Shown here one piece after another: positions 36,369-46,038 of a stretch of 64,000 nucleotides of DNA. The translations under genes were made by a program, and so were the position numbers. This stretch comes from an uncultured Spirochaetales bacterium (GTDB lineage Bacteria; Myxococcota_A; UBA9160; UBA6930), in NCBI GenBank assembly GCA_964501435.1, contig CAZCTH010000009.1:9747-73746 (forward strand). Reading direction: 5' to 3'. The notes beneath the pieces were generated by a model that saw only the letters and a program-made list of their open reading frames with translations, was not told the DNA's origin and ran no database searches. Within the stretch, counting starts at the first letter, position 1, and the number at the start of each line of letters is the position of its first letter.

Positions 36369-37585
36369 CCCACGATCGCCGGGTAGACGATGCTCTTCAG
36401 TTGCCCGCGGAAGTTGAACGTCCCCGACGGCATGAACTGCGTCATGAAGATCACGACGAGCTCTTCCTTCGGGTCGATCCAGAACGCCGTGCTCGCGGCG
36501 CCGCCCCAGGCGTACTCGCCTACGGAGCCGACCGTCTGTGCGCGCGCGAGGTCGAGCATCACCGAGAAGCCGAGACCGAAGCCGACGCCCTCGTAGGCGA
36601 CCTGGCTGAACTGCCCGCCGATGTTGAGCTGCGAGACGTCCTGCCCGCCGGGCAGGTGATTCATCGTCATCAGCTCGATCGTCTTGCGGCCGAGGATGCG
36701 CGCGCCGCCGAGCTCTCCGCCGTTCAGCAGCATCTGGCAGAAGCGCAGGTAGTCCTGCGCGGTCGAGACGAGCCCGCCGCCGCCCGAGAGGTACGCCGGA
36801 GGTGTCGCGTACACGCTCTTCGCGCGGTCGTCCTCGACCCGCAGCGACTTGTCCGGCGCGCGGAAGTAGTTGCTCGCGAGGCGCTCGATCTTCTCCGCCT
36901 GCACGTGGAACGCGGTGTCCCGCATGCCGAGGGGCGCGAAGATCTCGTCGTGGAGGAACGCGTCGAGGCGCTTGCCCGAGATGCGCTCGATCAGGTGGCC
37001 GAGCACGTCCGTCGCGACCGAGTAGTTCCAGCGCGTGCCCGGCGAGAACTCGAGCGGCAGCTTCGCGAGCGCCGCGATCGTCTCGTCGAGCGTCTTCCCG
37101 CGCTCGCCGATGCCCAGCCTGCGGTAGGCGCGGTCGACGTTCGTGCGCTCCATGAAGCCGTAGGTCAGCCCGGACGTGTGCGTGAACAGGTCGCGGACCG
37201 TCATCGGCCGCTCGCACGGGCGCGTGGCGAAGGCGGGGTGGTTGCCGCCGTCGTAGACGCGCAGGTCGCGCCACGCGGGGATGAAGCGGTGCACGGGGTC
37301 TTCGAGCTGGAAGGCCCCGCGCTCGTAGAGCGTCATCAGGGCGACCGACGTGATCGGCTTCGTCATCGAGTAGATGCGGAAGATCGTGTCGTCGCGCATC
37401 GCGACGCCGCGCTCGACGTCCATGGCGCCCACCGCCTTCAGGTGCGCGATCCGCCCGCGGCGCGCCACCAGCGTGAGCGCGCCGGCAATCTTCTTCGGCG
37501 CGAGATAGCGGCGCTCGAGATGCTCCTCGATGCGCGCGAGGCGCTCGGACGAAAGGCCGACGGACTCGGGGCGGACGATCTCCAT
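36365..37585 (-). CDS. Serine hydrolase (beta-lactamase/transpeptidase-like family)
   Basis: Start MEIVRPESVGLSSERL (cat 37583-37585). SxxK motif in ..FRIYSMTKPITSVALM... 406 aa. The rest of ORF 36365..38047 is an Arg-rich N-terminal artefact. Confidence 0.85.
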   Translation of the reverse strand: MEIVRPESVGLSSERLARIEEHLERRYLAPKKIAGALTLVARRGRIAHLKAVGAMDVERGVAMRDDTIFRIYSMTKPITSVALMTLYERGAFQLEDPVHRFIPAWRDLRVYDGGNHPAFATRPCERPMTVRDLFTHTSGLTYGFMERTNVDRAYRRLGIGERGKTLDETIAALAKLPLEFSPGTRWNYSVATDVLGHLIERISGKRLDAFLHDEIFAPLGMRDTAFHVQAEKIERLASNYFRAPDKSLRVEDDRAKSVYATPPAYLSGGGGLVSTAQDYLRFCQMLLNGGELGGARILGRKTIELMTMNHLPGGQDVSQLNIGGQFSQVAYEGVGFGLGFSVMLDLARAQTVGSVGEYAWGGAASTAFWIDPKEELVVIFMTQFMPSGTFNFRGQLKSIVYPAIVG

Positions 37586-37632
37586 GCGGGCTCCTTCGCC
37601 CGCACGGTATCTCGGCGCGGGCCCCGCTGCGC

Positions 37633-38592
37633 TCAGCCCGCGACCGGGCCCCCCACTGCGCGCCGCAGCGCCTCCATCACCTCGAGCGCATTGCGCTGCG
37701 ACACCGGCGCGCTCGGGATCATCGCCGAGCCGTGGAACGTGCCGGGATACGAGTGCAGCTCGACGGGCACGCCCGCCTGCAGGAGACGCAGGGCGTACAG
37801 GATGCCTTCGTCGCGGAGCGGGTCGAACTCCATCGTCGAGACGTAGGCCGGCGGCAACCCGGCGAGGTTCGCCGCGCGCGCGGGAGCGGCGTAGGGCGAC
37901 ACCTCGCCGGTGTGATCGGGGCCGAGGTAGTGCTTCCAGCTCCACACCGCGTTCGGACGGTTCCAGAGCGGCGTGTCCTGAAAGGCGAGCATCGAGGGCG
38001 TGTCGAGGCGGTCGTCCAGCTCGGGGATCTCGAGCAGCTGGAAGCACAGCTTCGGGAAGCCGCGGTCGCGGGCGAGCAGCGCCGTGCCGGCCGCGAGGCC
38101 GCCACCCGCGCTCTGGCCCGCGATGGCGATGCGCGCGGGATCGACCCCGAGCTCAGCCGCGTGCCGAGCGACCCAACAAGTGGCGGCGTAACAGTCTTCC
38201 ACCCCGGCCGGGAACGGATGCTCCGGCGCGAGCCGGTACTCGACCGACACCACCACGGCGTCGATCGCGGCGGCGACGATCTGGCACCACGCATCCATCA
38301 TCGCGATCGAGCCCATCAGGAAGCCGCCGCCGTGGATCTCGACGACGCAGCCCCGCGGCGCGCGCGCCGGCGCCGCGGGCGTGTAGATGCGGACGGGTAC
38401 GGCGGGTGCGCCCGCGGGCCCCGGCGCCGTGCGGTCCGTCTTCACCACGTCCGCGCGATCGGGCGGTGGGGCCATCATCAGCGCGCGCAGGTCGCGCACG
38501 GCCTGGATCTTCTCGAGGCTCGAGAAGTCCTGGACGGTGGGGAGCGAGGCGATCAGCGGAGCGAACGCGGGGTCGTAGGCGCGGGTCGTCAT
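37633..38592 (-). CDS. Alpha/beta hydrolase fold-3 esterase/lipase (HSL family)
   Basis: Oxyanion motif HGGGF (..VVEIHGGGFLMG..) and nucleophile elbow GQSAGG. ATG at 38592 (MTTRAYDP..) is preferred over the GTG at 38601. Confidence 0.85.
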   Translation of the reverse strand: MTTRAYDPAFAPLIASLPTVQDFSSLEKIQAVRDLRALMMAPPPDRADVVKTDRTAPGPAGAPAVPVRIYTPAAPARAPRGCVVEIHGGGFLMGSIAMMDAWCQIVAAAIDAVVVSVEYRLAPEHPFPAGVEDCYAATCWVARHAAELGVDPARIAIAGQSAGGGLAAGTALLARDRGFPKLCFQLLEIPELDDRLDTPSMLAFQDTPLWNRPNAVWSWKHYLGPDHTGEVSPYAAPARAANLAGLPPAYVSTMEFDPLRDEGILYALRLLQAGVPVELHSYPGTFHGSAMIPSAPVSQRNALEVMEALRRAVGGPVAG

Positions 38593-38726
38593 GGCGCGCA
38601 CCCTAGTGCGGCCGGCGATCGGGCCTCAAGCCTCACACGCCCACGAGCGCGATCCGGATCGCGCTCTCGCGCGGTGCGCGCGCGCGCGAATCGGCGCATC
38701 CTCGGCGGCTCACGAAGGAGACTCGC

Positions 38727-39509
38727 GTGGGCAACTTGATCGTGGTGGAGCAACGCGGCGCGGTGCGGATCCTGCGCCTGAACCGGCCCGAGGCGCGCAA
38801 CTCGCTCTCGCCCGAGCTGCTGGCCGAGTTCGGCGACGCCCTCGACGCCGCGGTCGCCGACGACGGCGTGCGCGCCGTCGTGCTCACCGGCACCGGCGAC
38901 CGCGCGTTCTGTGCGGGCATGGATCTGCGCGCGTTCGCCGAGGGGCGCACTGCGCGCGCGGGCGGCGGCGGCCGCGACCCGATGGCGTCCTTCGGCCGCT
39001 TCATCCGCGACAGCATCCCGAAGCCGGTGATCGGCGCGGCGCAGGCGACCGCGGTAGCGGGCGGCTTCGAGCTGCTGCTCGCCTGCGACCTGATCGTCGC
39101 CTCGTCTGCGGCGCAGTTCGGCATCCCGGAGGTGAAGCGCAGCCTGTTCGCTGCGGGCGGCGGCGTGTTCCTCTCGGCGCGCATCCCCCTCGCGCAGGCG
39201 CTCGAGCTCGCGCTCACCGGCGACAACATCGACGCGCAGCGCGCCCTCGCGCTCGGGCTGATCAACAAGGTCGTGCCGCCGGAGCGCGTGCTCGACGAGG
39301 CCGTGGCGCTGGCGGAGCGCATCACGGCGAACGGCCCCCTCGGCGTGCGCGCCACGAAGGAGCTGCTGCGCATCGCGGCGACGGGCACGATCCGCGAGGC
39401 GGAGGAGCGCCAGCGCGTGCTGCAGCCCCAGGTGTTCTCGAGCGAGGACGCGAAGGAGGGCGCCCTGGCGTTCGTGGAGAAGCGCGCGCCCGTCTGGAAG
39501 GGGCGCTAG
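38727..39509 (+). CDS. Enoyl-CoA hydratase/isomerase (crotonase) family protein
   Basis: GTG start with AAGGAG upstream. ..ILRLNRPEARNSL.., ..FCAGMDL.., ..GAAQATAVAGGFELLLACDLIVAS... Confidence 0.9.
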   Translation: MGNLIVVEQRGAVRILRLNRPEARNSLSPELLAEFGDALDAAVADDGVRAVVLTGTGDRAFCAGMDLRAFAEGRTARAGGGGRDPMASFGRFIRDSIPKPVIGAAQATAVAGGFELLLACDLIVASSAAQFGIPEVKRSLFAAGGGVFLSARIPLAQALELALTGDNIDAQRALALGLINKVVPPERVLDEAVALAERITANGPLGVRATKELLRIAATGTIREAEERQRVLQPQVFSSEDAKEGALAFVEKRAPVWKGR

Positions 39510-39512
39510 CCC

Positions 39513-40253
39513 GTGCGCGTCGCACTCGTGACGGGCGGAGCGCGCGGAATCGGCGCCGCGATCGCGCGCCGGCTCGCGGCCGACGGCTTCGCCGTCGCGC
39601 TCTGCGACCTCGATGCGAGCGGTGCCGCGGAGACGGCGCGCGCGATCGGCGCGGACGGCGCGCGCACGCTGGGCGTCGGCGCGGACGTCGCGCGCGCGGA
39701 GTCGGTGAGCGCGTGCGTCGACCAGGTGGAGGCGCAACTCGGCCCCGTCGACGTGCTCGTCAATAACGCGGGCATCGACATCCCCGGCTTCTTCGTCGAA
39801 TCGAAGGAGCCCGACTGGGATCGCCTCTGGGCCGTGAACGTGAAGGGCGTGCTGCACTGCACGCAGCGCGTGCTGCCCGGCATGACGGAGCGGCGGCGCG
39901 GGCGCGTGATCAACATCGCGTCCGACGCCGGGCGCGTGGGCGCGGGCGGCGAGGCCGTCTACAGCGCGACCAAGGGCGCCGTGATCGCATTCACGAAGGC
40001 GCTCGCCCGCGAGCTCGCGCGCTTCGACGTCACCGCCAACGCGGTGTGCCCAGGCGCCACCGACACCGCGCTGCTCGCGATGCTCGGCGACTTCAACCCG
40101 AAGCTCCACCAGAACCTCGTGCGTGGGATCCCCCTGCGCCGCGTGGGCCAACCCGAGGACGTCGCGGGCGCGGTCGCCTACCTCGCGAGCGACGCCGCGG
40201 CCTACGTCACCGGCCAGTCGCTCTCCGTGAGCGGCGGCCTCACGATGTTTTAG
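39513..40253 (+). CDS. SDR family oxidoreductase (FabG-like)
   Basis: TGGARGIG cofactor motif, NNAG, and the YSATK catalytic motif. Confidence 0.9.
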   Translation: MRVALVTGGARGIGAAIARRLAADGFAVALCDLDASGAAETARAIGADGARTLGVGADVARAESVSACVDQVEAQLGPVDVLVNNAGIDIPGFFVESKEPDWDRLWAVNVKGVLHCTQRVLPGMTERRRGRVINIASDAGRVGAGGEAVYSATKGAVIAFTKALARELARFDVTANAVCPGATDTALLAMLGDFNPKLHQNLVRGIPLRRVGQPEDVAGAVAYLASDAAAYVTGQSLSVSGGLTMF

Positions 40254-40366
40254 GGTGAAACCGATGCCGCGACCGACCGCAGTTCGGGAAGCGCAAGCGG
40301 CCCCGCGCCGCGCGATGGGCGCAGGCCGCGCGCGGCGAGGCGCAGCCGAGCGGAGCTCGTGAGAGA

Positions 40367-40822
40367 ATGGAGCTCTGGGAGCTCGCTGCGCGCGAGGGCA
40401 TCCGCGACACGATCGCACGCTACACGTGGTGCGCGGAGTTCATGGACGCCGCCGGTTTCGCGGACTGCTTCAGCGCGGACGCCGTGCTCGAGATCAAGGG
40501 CGGCGAGACGTACCGCGGGCGCGGCGCAATCGTCGACATGATCACGGGCGTGCGCGACCGCACCCGGGCCGCCGCGCCCGAGGCGAGCGCGGCCTCCGCG
40601 GTGATGCGCCACTTCGTCGCGAACGTGCGCATCGAGATCGCGTCGCCGGAGCGCGCGCGGGCCTTCGCCTACTTCACGGTATTCATGCCACCCCACGGCC
40701 ACGACCACTGGGGCCGCTATGCCGACGAGCTCGTGCGCGAGGGCGAGCGCTGGCGCTTCGCGCGCCGCCGGGTGAGCGTGGACGGCGCGGTGCCGGCGTC
40801 GAAGATGTGGCCCCTGCCGTAG
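40367..40822 (+). CDS. NTF2-like / SnoaL-like domain protein
   Basis: 151 aa. The ..IRDTIARYTWCAEFMDAAGFADCFSADAVLEI.. pattern is typical of the SnoaL_4/NTF2 superfamily. Confidence 0.7.
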   Translation: MELWELAAREGIRDTIARYTWCAEFMDAAGFADCFSADAVLEIKGGETYRGRGAIVDMITGVRDRTRAAAPEASAASAVMRHFVANVRIEIASPERARAFAYFTVFMPPHGHDHWGRYADELVREGERWRFARRRVSVDGAVPASKMWPLP

Positions 40823-40826
40823 GAGC

Positions 40827-41699
40827 TTGCCGTTGCAGCCGAAGACGATGCAGTTCTCCGGGTTCGAGAGCCTCGCGCTCACCGCCGACGTGTACGGCGA
40901 CGACGGCGCGTGGCCCGTCTTGATGATGCACGGCGGCGGCCAGACGCGGCACGCCTGGGGCAACACCGCGGCGCAGCTCGCCGCCGCGGGCTGGCGCGCG
41001 GTGTCGCTCGACCTGCGCGGCCACGGCGACAGCGCCTGGGCGCCGCGCGGCGACTATTCGTTCACGAGCTACGGCGCCGACTGCATCGCGGTGTGCGATC
41101 AGCTCGGGCGACCGCCCGTGCTCGTCGGGGCGTCGCTCGGCGGCGTTTCCGCGATTCTCGCGGAGGGCAACAGCGACCGCGTCGTGTCGAGCGGCCTCGT
41201 GATCGTGGACGTCACGCACCGCAACAACCCCGAAGGCATCCAGAAGATCAAGGACTTCATGACCTCGGGCCTCGGCGGCTTCGCGACGCTGGAAGAGGCC
41301 GCGGTCGCGATCGCGGCGTACACGCCGAATCGCAAGCGCACGGTGAATCCAGAGGGCCTGAAGAAGGTGCTGCGCCTGCGCGACGGGCGGTGGCACTGGC
41401 ACTGGGACCCTGCGTTCATGCGGCGCGACGGCACCGAAGTCCCGGCGCCGGACTTCGAGGCCGTGTTCGACCTCGCGCTCGCCCGCGTGCGCGTCCCGAC
41501 CTTGCTGGTGCGCGGCAAGCTCTCCGACGTCGTCACCGAGGAAGGCGTGCAGGACTTTCTCGCGAAGATCCCCGGCTCGAAGCTCGCGGACGTGAGCGAC
41601 GCCTCGCACATGGTCGCCGGCGACCAGAACGACGCGTTCTCGAGCGCGGTGATCCGCTTCCTCGAAGAGGACGTGCGTCCGCGCTTGCCGCGGCGCTGA
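40827..41699 (+). CDS. Alpha/beta hydrolase
   Basis: ..VLMMHGGGQTRHAW.., nucleophile elbow GASLGG and a C-terminal ..SHMVAGD... The start is uncertain (TTG 40827 or ATG 40848). Confidence 0.8.
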   Translation: MPLQPKTMQFSGFESLALTADVYGDDGAWPVLMMHGGGQTRHAWGNTAAQLAAAGWRAVSLDLRGHGDSAWAPRGDYSFTSYGADCIAVCDQLGRPPVLVGASLGGVSAILAEGNSDRVVSSGLVIVDVTHRNNPEGIQKIKDFMTSGLGGFATLEEAAVAIAAYTPNRKRTVNPEGLKKVLRLRDGRWHWHWDPAFMRRDGTEVPAPDFEAVFDLALARVRVPTLLVRGKLSDVVTEEGVQDFLAKIPGSKLADVSDASHMVAGDQNDAFSSAVIRFLEEDVRPRLPRR

Positions 41700-41731
41700 G
41701 CACGCCTCTCGCTCTCCGATCCACCCAACCG

Positions 41732-42520
41732 ATGGAGCTCACGATGTCCTTCCCGCTTCCGAATGCCTCGATCGATCTGAAGGGCCAGGTCGCCCTCGTC
41801 ACCGGCTGCTCGTCGGGCCTCGGCTGGCGCTTCGCCCAGGTGCTCGCCGCCCAGGGCGCGAGCGTCGCCGTCACCGCGCGCCGCACGGACCGCCTCGAGG
41901 CGCTCGCGAAGGACATCCGCTCGCGCGGCGGCGAGTGCGTGCCGATCGCGCTCGACATGCAGGACCCGCAGCAGATCGTCGCCGCGGTGGAAGCGGCCGA
42001 GAAGGCGCTCGGGACCGTGACGATCCTCGTCAACAACGCGGGCATTCCCGACGCGCAGCACGCGACCAAGCAGTCGCTCGAGCTGATCAACGCGGTCTTC
42101 GACACCAACCTGCGCGGTCCCTACGTGCTCGCCTGCGAGGTCGCGCGCCGGCTCATCAAGGCGAAGCAGCCGGGCCGCATGGTCAACATCGCGTCGGTCG
42201 GCGCCTTCCGATACACGGGGGGCGGCGGCGCGGCGCTCTACTCGATCACGAAGGCCGGCATCGTGCGCATGACCGAAGCGCTCTCGGCCGAGTGGGCGGG
42301 CTACCACATCAACGTGAACTGCATCGCGCCGGGCGCCTTCATGTCCGAGATGATGGAGGGCATGCTCTCGCGCATCGGCGACATCTCGAAGGGCTTCCCG
42401 CGCCGCCGCGTGTGCGACCCGGCGCAGATGGACAGCACGCTGCTCTACCTCGTGGCGCCGAGCTCCGACGCCGTCACCGGGACGACGATCACGATCGACG
42501 ACGGGCAGGGGCCGAAGTAG
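41732..42520 (+). CDS. SDR family oxidoreductase
   Basis: ATG 41732 within ORF 40910..42520. TGCSSGLG, NNAG and YSITK motifs. Confidence 0.85.
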   Translation: MELTMSFPLPNASIDLKGQVALVTGCSSGLGWRFAQVLAAQGASVAVTARRTDRLEALAKDIRSRGGECVPIALDMQDPQQIVAAVEAAEKALGTVTILVNNAGIPDAQHATKQSLELINAVFDTNLRGPYVLACEVARRLIKAKQPGRMVNIASVGAFRYTGGGGAALYSITKAGIVRMTEALSAEWAGYHINVNCIAPGAFMSEMMEGMLSRIGDISKGFPRRRVCDPAQMDSTLLYLVAPSSDAVTGTTITIDDGQGPK

Positions 42521-42557
42521 CGCGCTATCGCACGCGCTCCGCCGAGGAGACGCCGCG

Positions 42558-43736
42558 ATGTTCATCGGACTCAGCCCCGCGCAGGAAGCGCTGCGCCGGG
42601 AGCTGCGCGCCTACTACGAGAAGCTGCTGACGCCGGAAGTGCGCGAGATGCTCGCCCGCGAGCACGGCACCGGGCCGGGCACGAAGGCCATCCGCATGCA
42701 GATGGCCAAGGACGGCTGGTTCTGCTTCGGCTGGCCCGTCGAGTACGGCGGCCGCGGGGCGAGCGAGATCGACCACTTCATCTTCTTCGACGAGTCGATG
42801 CGCGCCGGGGCGCCGGTGCCGATGCTGAGCGTCAATACCGTCGGCCCGACGATCATGCGTTACGGGACGCCGGAGCAGAAGGCGTTCTTCCTGCCGAAGA
42901 TCGCCTCGGGCGAGCTCGAGTTCTGCATCGGCTACTCCGAGCCGGGCGCCGGGACGGACCTCGCATCGCTGAAGACGAGCGCGGTGCGCGACGGCGACCA
43001 CTACGTCGTGAACGGCCAGAAGACCTGGACGAGCCTCGCGAAGGGCGCGGACTACTGCTGGCTCGCGGTGCGCACCGACCCCGCGGCGGCGAAGCACGCC
43101 GGCATCTCGATGCTGCTCGTCGACATGAGCACGCCGGGCATCCGCGTCGACCCGCTCGACCTGATCGTCGAGCACAACATCAACCAGGTGTTCTTCGACG
43201 ACGTGCGCGTGCCCGCGGCGAACCTCGTGGGCGGCGAGAACAAGGGCTGGAAGCTGATCACGAACCAGCTGAACCACGAGCGCGTGACGCTGTGCTCCTC
43301 GGGCGTGCTCGAGGGCGCCTATCAGGCGGTGCGCACCTACGCGGAGCAGACGAAGCTGCCGGACGGGCGGCGCGTGATCGACGAGGAGTGGGTGCAGGTG
43401 AACCTCGCGAAGGTGTACGCCGGGCTCGACTTCCTGCGCCTGATCAACTGGAAGGTCGCGTGGTCGGCGTCGAAGGGCGCGCTCTCGCCGGCCGACGCCT
43501 CGGCGACGAAGGTGTTCGGCACTGAGTTCTATCTCGACGCGTTCCAGCTGCTGATGGAGATCCTCGGACCCAAGGGCTACCTGGCGCGCGGCTCACACGC
43601 AGCGGTCGCCGCAGGCCAGCTCGAGAGCCTCTACCGCGGCCTGATGATCCTCACCTTCGGCGGCGGCGTGAACGAAGTGCAGCGCGACCTGATCGCGCTG
43701 TTCGGCCTGCGCCTGCCGCGCATCCCGCGGCACTGA
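42558..43736 (+). CDS. Acyl-CoA dehydrogenase family protein
   Basis: GAGGAG RBS. ..CIGYSEPGAGTDLASLKT.. and ..VNGQKTWTS... The C-terminal part reads ..TFGGGVNEVQRDLIA.. (no Glu at the usual YEG position). Confidence 0.9.
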   Translation: MFIGLSPAQEALRRELRAYYEKLLTPEVREMLAREHGTGPGTKAIRMQMAKDGWFCFGWPVEYGGRGASEIDHFIFFDESMRAGAPVPMLSVNTVGPTIMRYGTPEQKAFFLPKIASGELEFCIGYSEPGAGTDLASLKTSAVRDGDHYVVNGQKTWTSLAKGADYCWLAVRTDPAAAKHAGISMLLVDMSTPGIRVDPLDLIVEHNINQVFFDDVRVPAANLVGGENKGWKLITNQLNHERVTLCSSGVLEGAYQAVRTYAEQTKLPDGRRVIDEEWVQVNLAKVYAGLDFLRLINWKVAWSASKGALSPADASATKVFGTEFYLDAFQLLMEILGPKGYLARGSHAAVAAGQLESLYRGLMILTFGGGVNEVQRDLIALFGLRLPRIPRH

Positions 43737-43755
43737 GCGCGGGAGGGAGCACCCC

Positions 43756-44877
43756 ATGGACTTCGCCTACTCGGAAGAGCAACAGGCCGTGATCGAGCTG
43801 GCGCGGAAGATCCTCGCCGACGGCGCGACGCCGAAGGCGCTGCGCGCGCTCGAGCAGTCGGGCGGCGTGCGCTTCGATCGCGCGCTCTGGAAGCGGCTCG
43901 GCGAGGCCGGGCTGATCGGCGCCGCGATTCCAGAGGCGCACGGCGGCGGCGGGCTCGGCTTCCTCGCGCTGGCCGGCATCCTCGAAGAGGCCGGCCGCAG
44001 CGTCGCTCCCGTGCCGCTGCTCGAGACCGCGGTGCTGGGCGCGCTCGCGCTCGCGGAGTTCGGCAGCGCCACGCAGCAGGAGCGCTGGCTCCCGCGCGCC
44101 GCGCGCGGCGAGGCGATTCTCACCGCGGCGCTGATCGAGCCGCACCGCGCGCCCGCTCGGCCGGGGACGCGCGCCGAGGCGCACGGCGCGAAGTTCGCGC
44201 TCACGGGCGAGAAGCTCGCGGTGCCGGCGGGCGAGCTCGCCGACGCGATCCTCGTGCCCGCGGCGCTGCCGAGCGGCGGCGTGGGCGTGTTCCTGCTCGA
44301 GGCGCGCGCGGCGGGCGTGACGCAGACGCCGCTGATCACGACGACGCGACAGCCGGAGTCGATGCTCGCGCTCCAGGGCGCGGGGGCCGAGCTGCTCGGG
44401 AGCGCGGAGCAGGGCGCCGAGATCGTGGCCTGGATCGTGCTGCGCGCGACGGCGGCGGCCTGCGCGATGGCGGCCGGCGCGACCGCCGAGGCACTGCGGC
44501 TGACGGCCGAGTACACGAAGACGCGCAAGCAGTTCGACCAGCCGATCGCGACGTTCCAGGCCGTCGCGCAGCGCGCGGCCGACGCGTTCATCGACACCGA
44601 GGCCGTGCGGCTCACCGCGCTGCAGGCCGCGTGGCGCATCGACGCGGGCCTGCCCGCGGAGGCGGCGGTCGCGACGGCGAAGTACTGGGCCGCGGCGGGC
44701 GGCTCGCGCGTGACCCGCGCCGCGCAGCACCTCCACGGCGGCGTCGGCGTCGACCGCGAGTACCCGCTGCACCGCTACTACCTGCTCGCGCGCCAGCTCG
44801 AGCTCACCCTCGGCGGCGGCACCCAACAGCTGCGCGCCCTCGGCGCCCTGATCGCCGAGCGCGGGGACGTTCCTTGA
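43756..44877 (+). CDS. Acyl-CoA dehydrogenase family protein (second of tandem pair)
   Basis: GGGAGGGAG RBS. ACAD fold signals (..RKQFDQPIATFQAV.., ..HLHGGVGVDREYPLHRYY..). It starts 19 nt after the previous ACAD. Confidence 0.85.
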   Translation: MDFAYSEEQQAVIELARKILADGATPKALRALEQSGGVRFDRALWKRLGEAGLIGAAIPEAHGGGGLGFLALAGILEEAGRSVAPVPLLETAVLGALALAEFGSATQQERWLPRAARGEAILTAALIEPHRAPARPGTRAEAHGAKFALTGEKLAVPAGELADAILVPAALPSGGVGVFLLEARAAGVTQTPLITTTRQPESMLALQGAGAELLGSAEQGAEIVAWIVLRATAAACAMAAGATAEALRLTAEYTKTRKQFDQPIATFQAVAQRAADAFIDTEAVRLTALQAAWRIDAGLPAEAAVATAKYWAAAGGSRVTRAAQHLHGGVGVDREYPLHRYYLLARQLELTLGGGTQQLRALGALIAERGDVP

Positions 44878-44954
44878 CTAACTGAACTTTTCGGCACGCC
44901 GCAGGCGAGACTCGCAACCGGGGGAAAAGTTCAGTTAGTCAAGGAACGTCCCCG
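44862..44954. repeat. Perfect 31-bp inverted repeat (arms 44862-44892 / 44924-44954) with 31-nt spacer
   Basis: Base-by-base check found 31 of 31 complementary positions. The arms contain the last codons and stop codons of both convergent genes (TGA 44875-44877; TAA on the minus strand 44935-44937). The inner parts of the arms are unusually AT-rich (TTGACTAACTGAACTTTTC). Confidence 0.9.
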
Positions 44955-46029
44955 GGGCCCGGGCGGTGAAGAGGGGGAGGTCGAGGATCGAGACGACGCC
45001 GGGGGCGGCGTCGCAGACGGCGGGGATCGCGTTCACGACGCGCATCGCGGTGCCGGTGATGCCGGCGGTGTTGTGGTCGCCGTCCTCGCCCATCGGCTCG
45101 ATCTCGCACGTGAAGCTCGGCGAGCCCTTCACCTCGATCTTGTAGCCGGAGTGCTTCGTGCCCGAGAGGCGGTCCCAGTGCGGCGCCACGTCGCCCCGCA
45201 GCCGGTTCACGTGCGCTGCGACGATCATCGGCTTGCCGCCCACGATGCCCTGCACTTCGAAGCGCACCGCGGCGCACGTGCCCTTCTCGATCCTCCCCAT
45301 CGCAGTGTCGAAGCTCTCCGTCGCGGGCGCGCGCTCGCTCTCTTCGCGGATCTCGTCCAGCCGCACGCCGAGCGCGTCCGCGACCATCAGCACCATGCAG
45401 CCCCAGCCGCCCTTGATCATGCCGGGCTGCAGCAGCGGCGCCGCGTAGTCGAGCGGGCGGCCGAAGCCGAAGTACACGCCCGTGAAGCCCGGATCGGGGT
45501 AGGTGGAGTAGTCCATCAGCTCCGAGACGCGCACGGAGTCGACGCGCTCGCAGCACGACGCGAGCTGGAGCGGGATCACGTCGCCGGACCAGCCCGGGTC
45601 GAAGCCCGAGGTGAAGAACGTGCTCTGGCCCTGCGCGCACGCCGCCGCGAGGCGATCACGGAGCTTCGGGCTCGCGTCGGGGTAGCAGAGCGACACGATC
45701 GCCGTGTTCACCACGTTCTTGCCCGCCGCGAGGATCCGCGCGAGCTCGTCGATGGTCTCGCGGATGCGCGTCTCCCCCTGCACCGCGTAACACACGCAGT
45801 CGGCGTCCAGCGCGAGCAGCGCCGCGGCGTCGTTCGTGGCGATGACACCGGTCGGTGTCGGCCAGCCGCACAGCTCGGCGGCGTCGCGCCCGACCTTCGC
45901 GGGCGAGTGGGCGTGCACGCCGACGAGCTCGAGCTCGGGGTGCCGCAGGATGCCGGCGAGCGCGCGCCTTCCCGCGTTGCCGGTGCCCCACTGGATCACG
46001 CGCAGCTTGCGGTCCCGAGTTCGTCGCAT
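44935..46029 (-). CDS. NAD(P)-binding oxidoreductase, DapB-N-terminal-like / amine dehydrogenase-like family
   Basis: 364 aa. ..LRVIQWGTGNAGRRALAGILRHPELELVGV.. is a Rossmann-type N-terminus. The rest matches the family often annotated as dihydrodipicolinate reductase-like. Confidence 0.7.
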   Translation of the reverse strand: MRRTRDRKLRVIQWGTGNAGRRALAGILRHPELELVGVHAHSPAKVGRDAAELCGWPTPTGVIATNDAAALLALDADCVCYAVQGETRIRETIDELARILAAGKNVVNTAIVSLCYPDASPKLRDRLAAACAQGQSTFFTSGFDPGWSGDVIPLQLASCCERVDSVRVSELMDYSTYPDPGFTGVYFGFGRPLDYAAPLLQPGMIKGGWGCMVLMVADALGVRLDEIREESERAPATESFDTAMGRIEKGTCAAVRFEVQGIVGGKPMIVAAHVNRLRGDVAPHWDRLSGTKHSGYKIEVKGSPSFTCEIEPMGEDGDHNTAGITGTAMRVVNAIPAVCDAAPGVVSILDLPLFTARAPGTFLD

Positions 46030-46038
46030 GCGGTCTCC

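Noticed and set aside
44862-44954. The 31-bp inverted repeat as a canonical bidirectional rho-independent terminator
   Set aside because: The stem is unusually long and partly AT-rich, the loop is 31 nt, and no U-tract follows on either strand. It is kept as an unexplained palindromic element instead.
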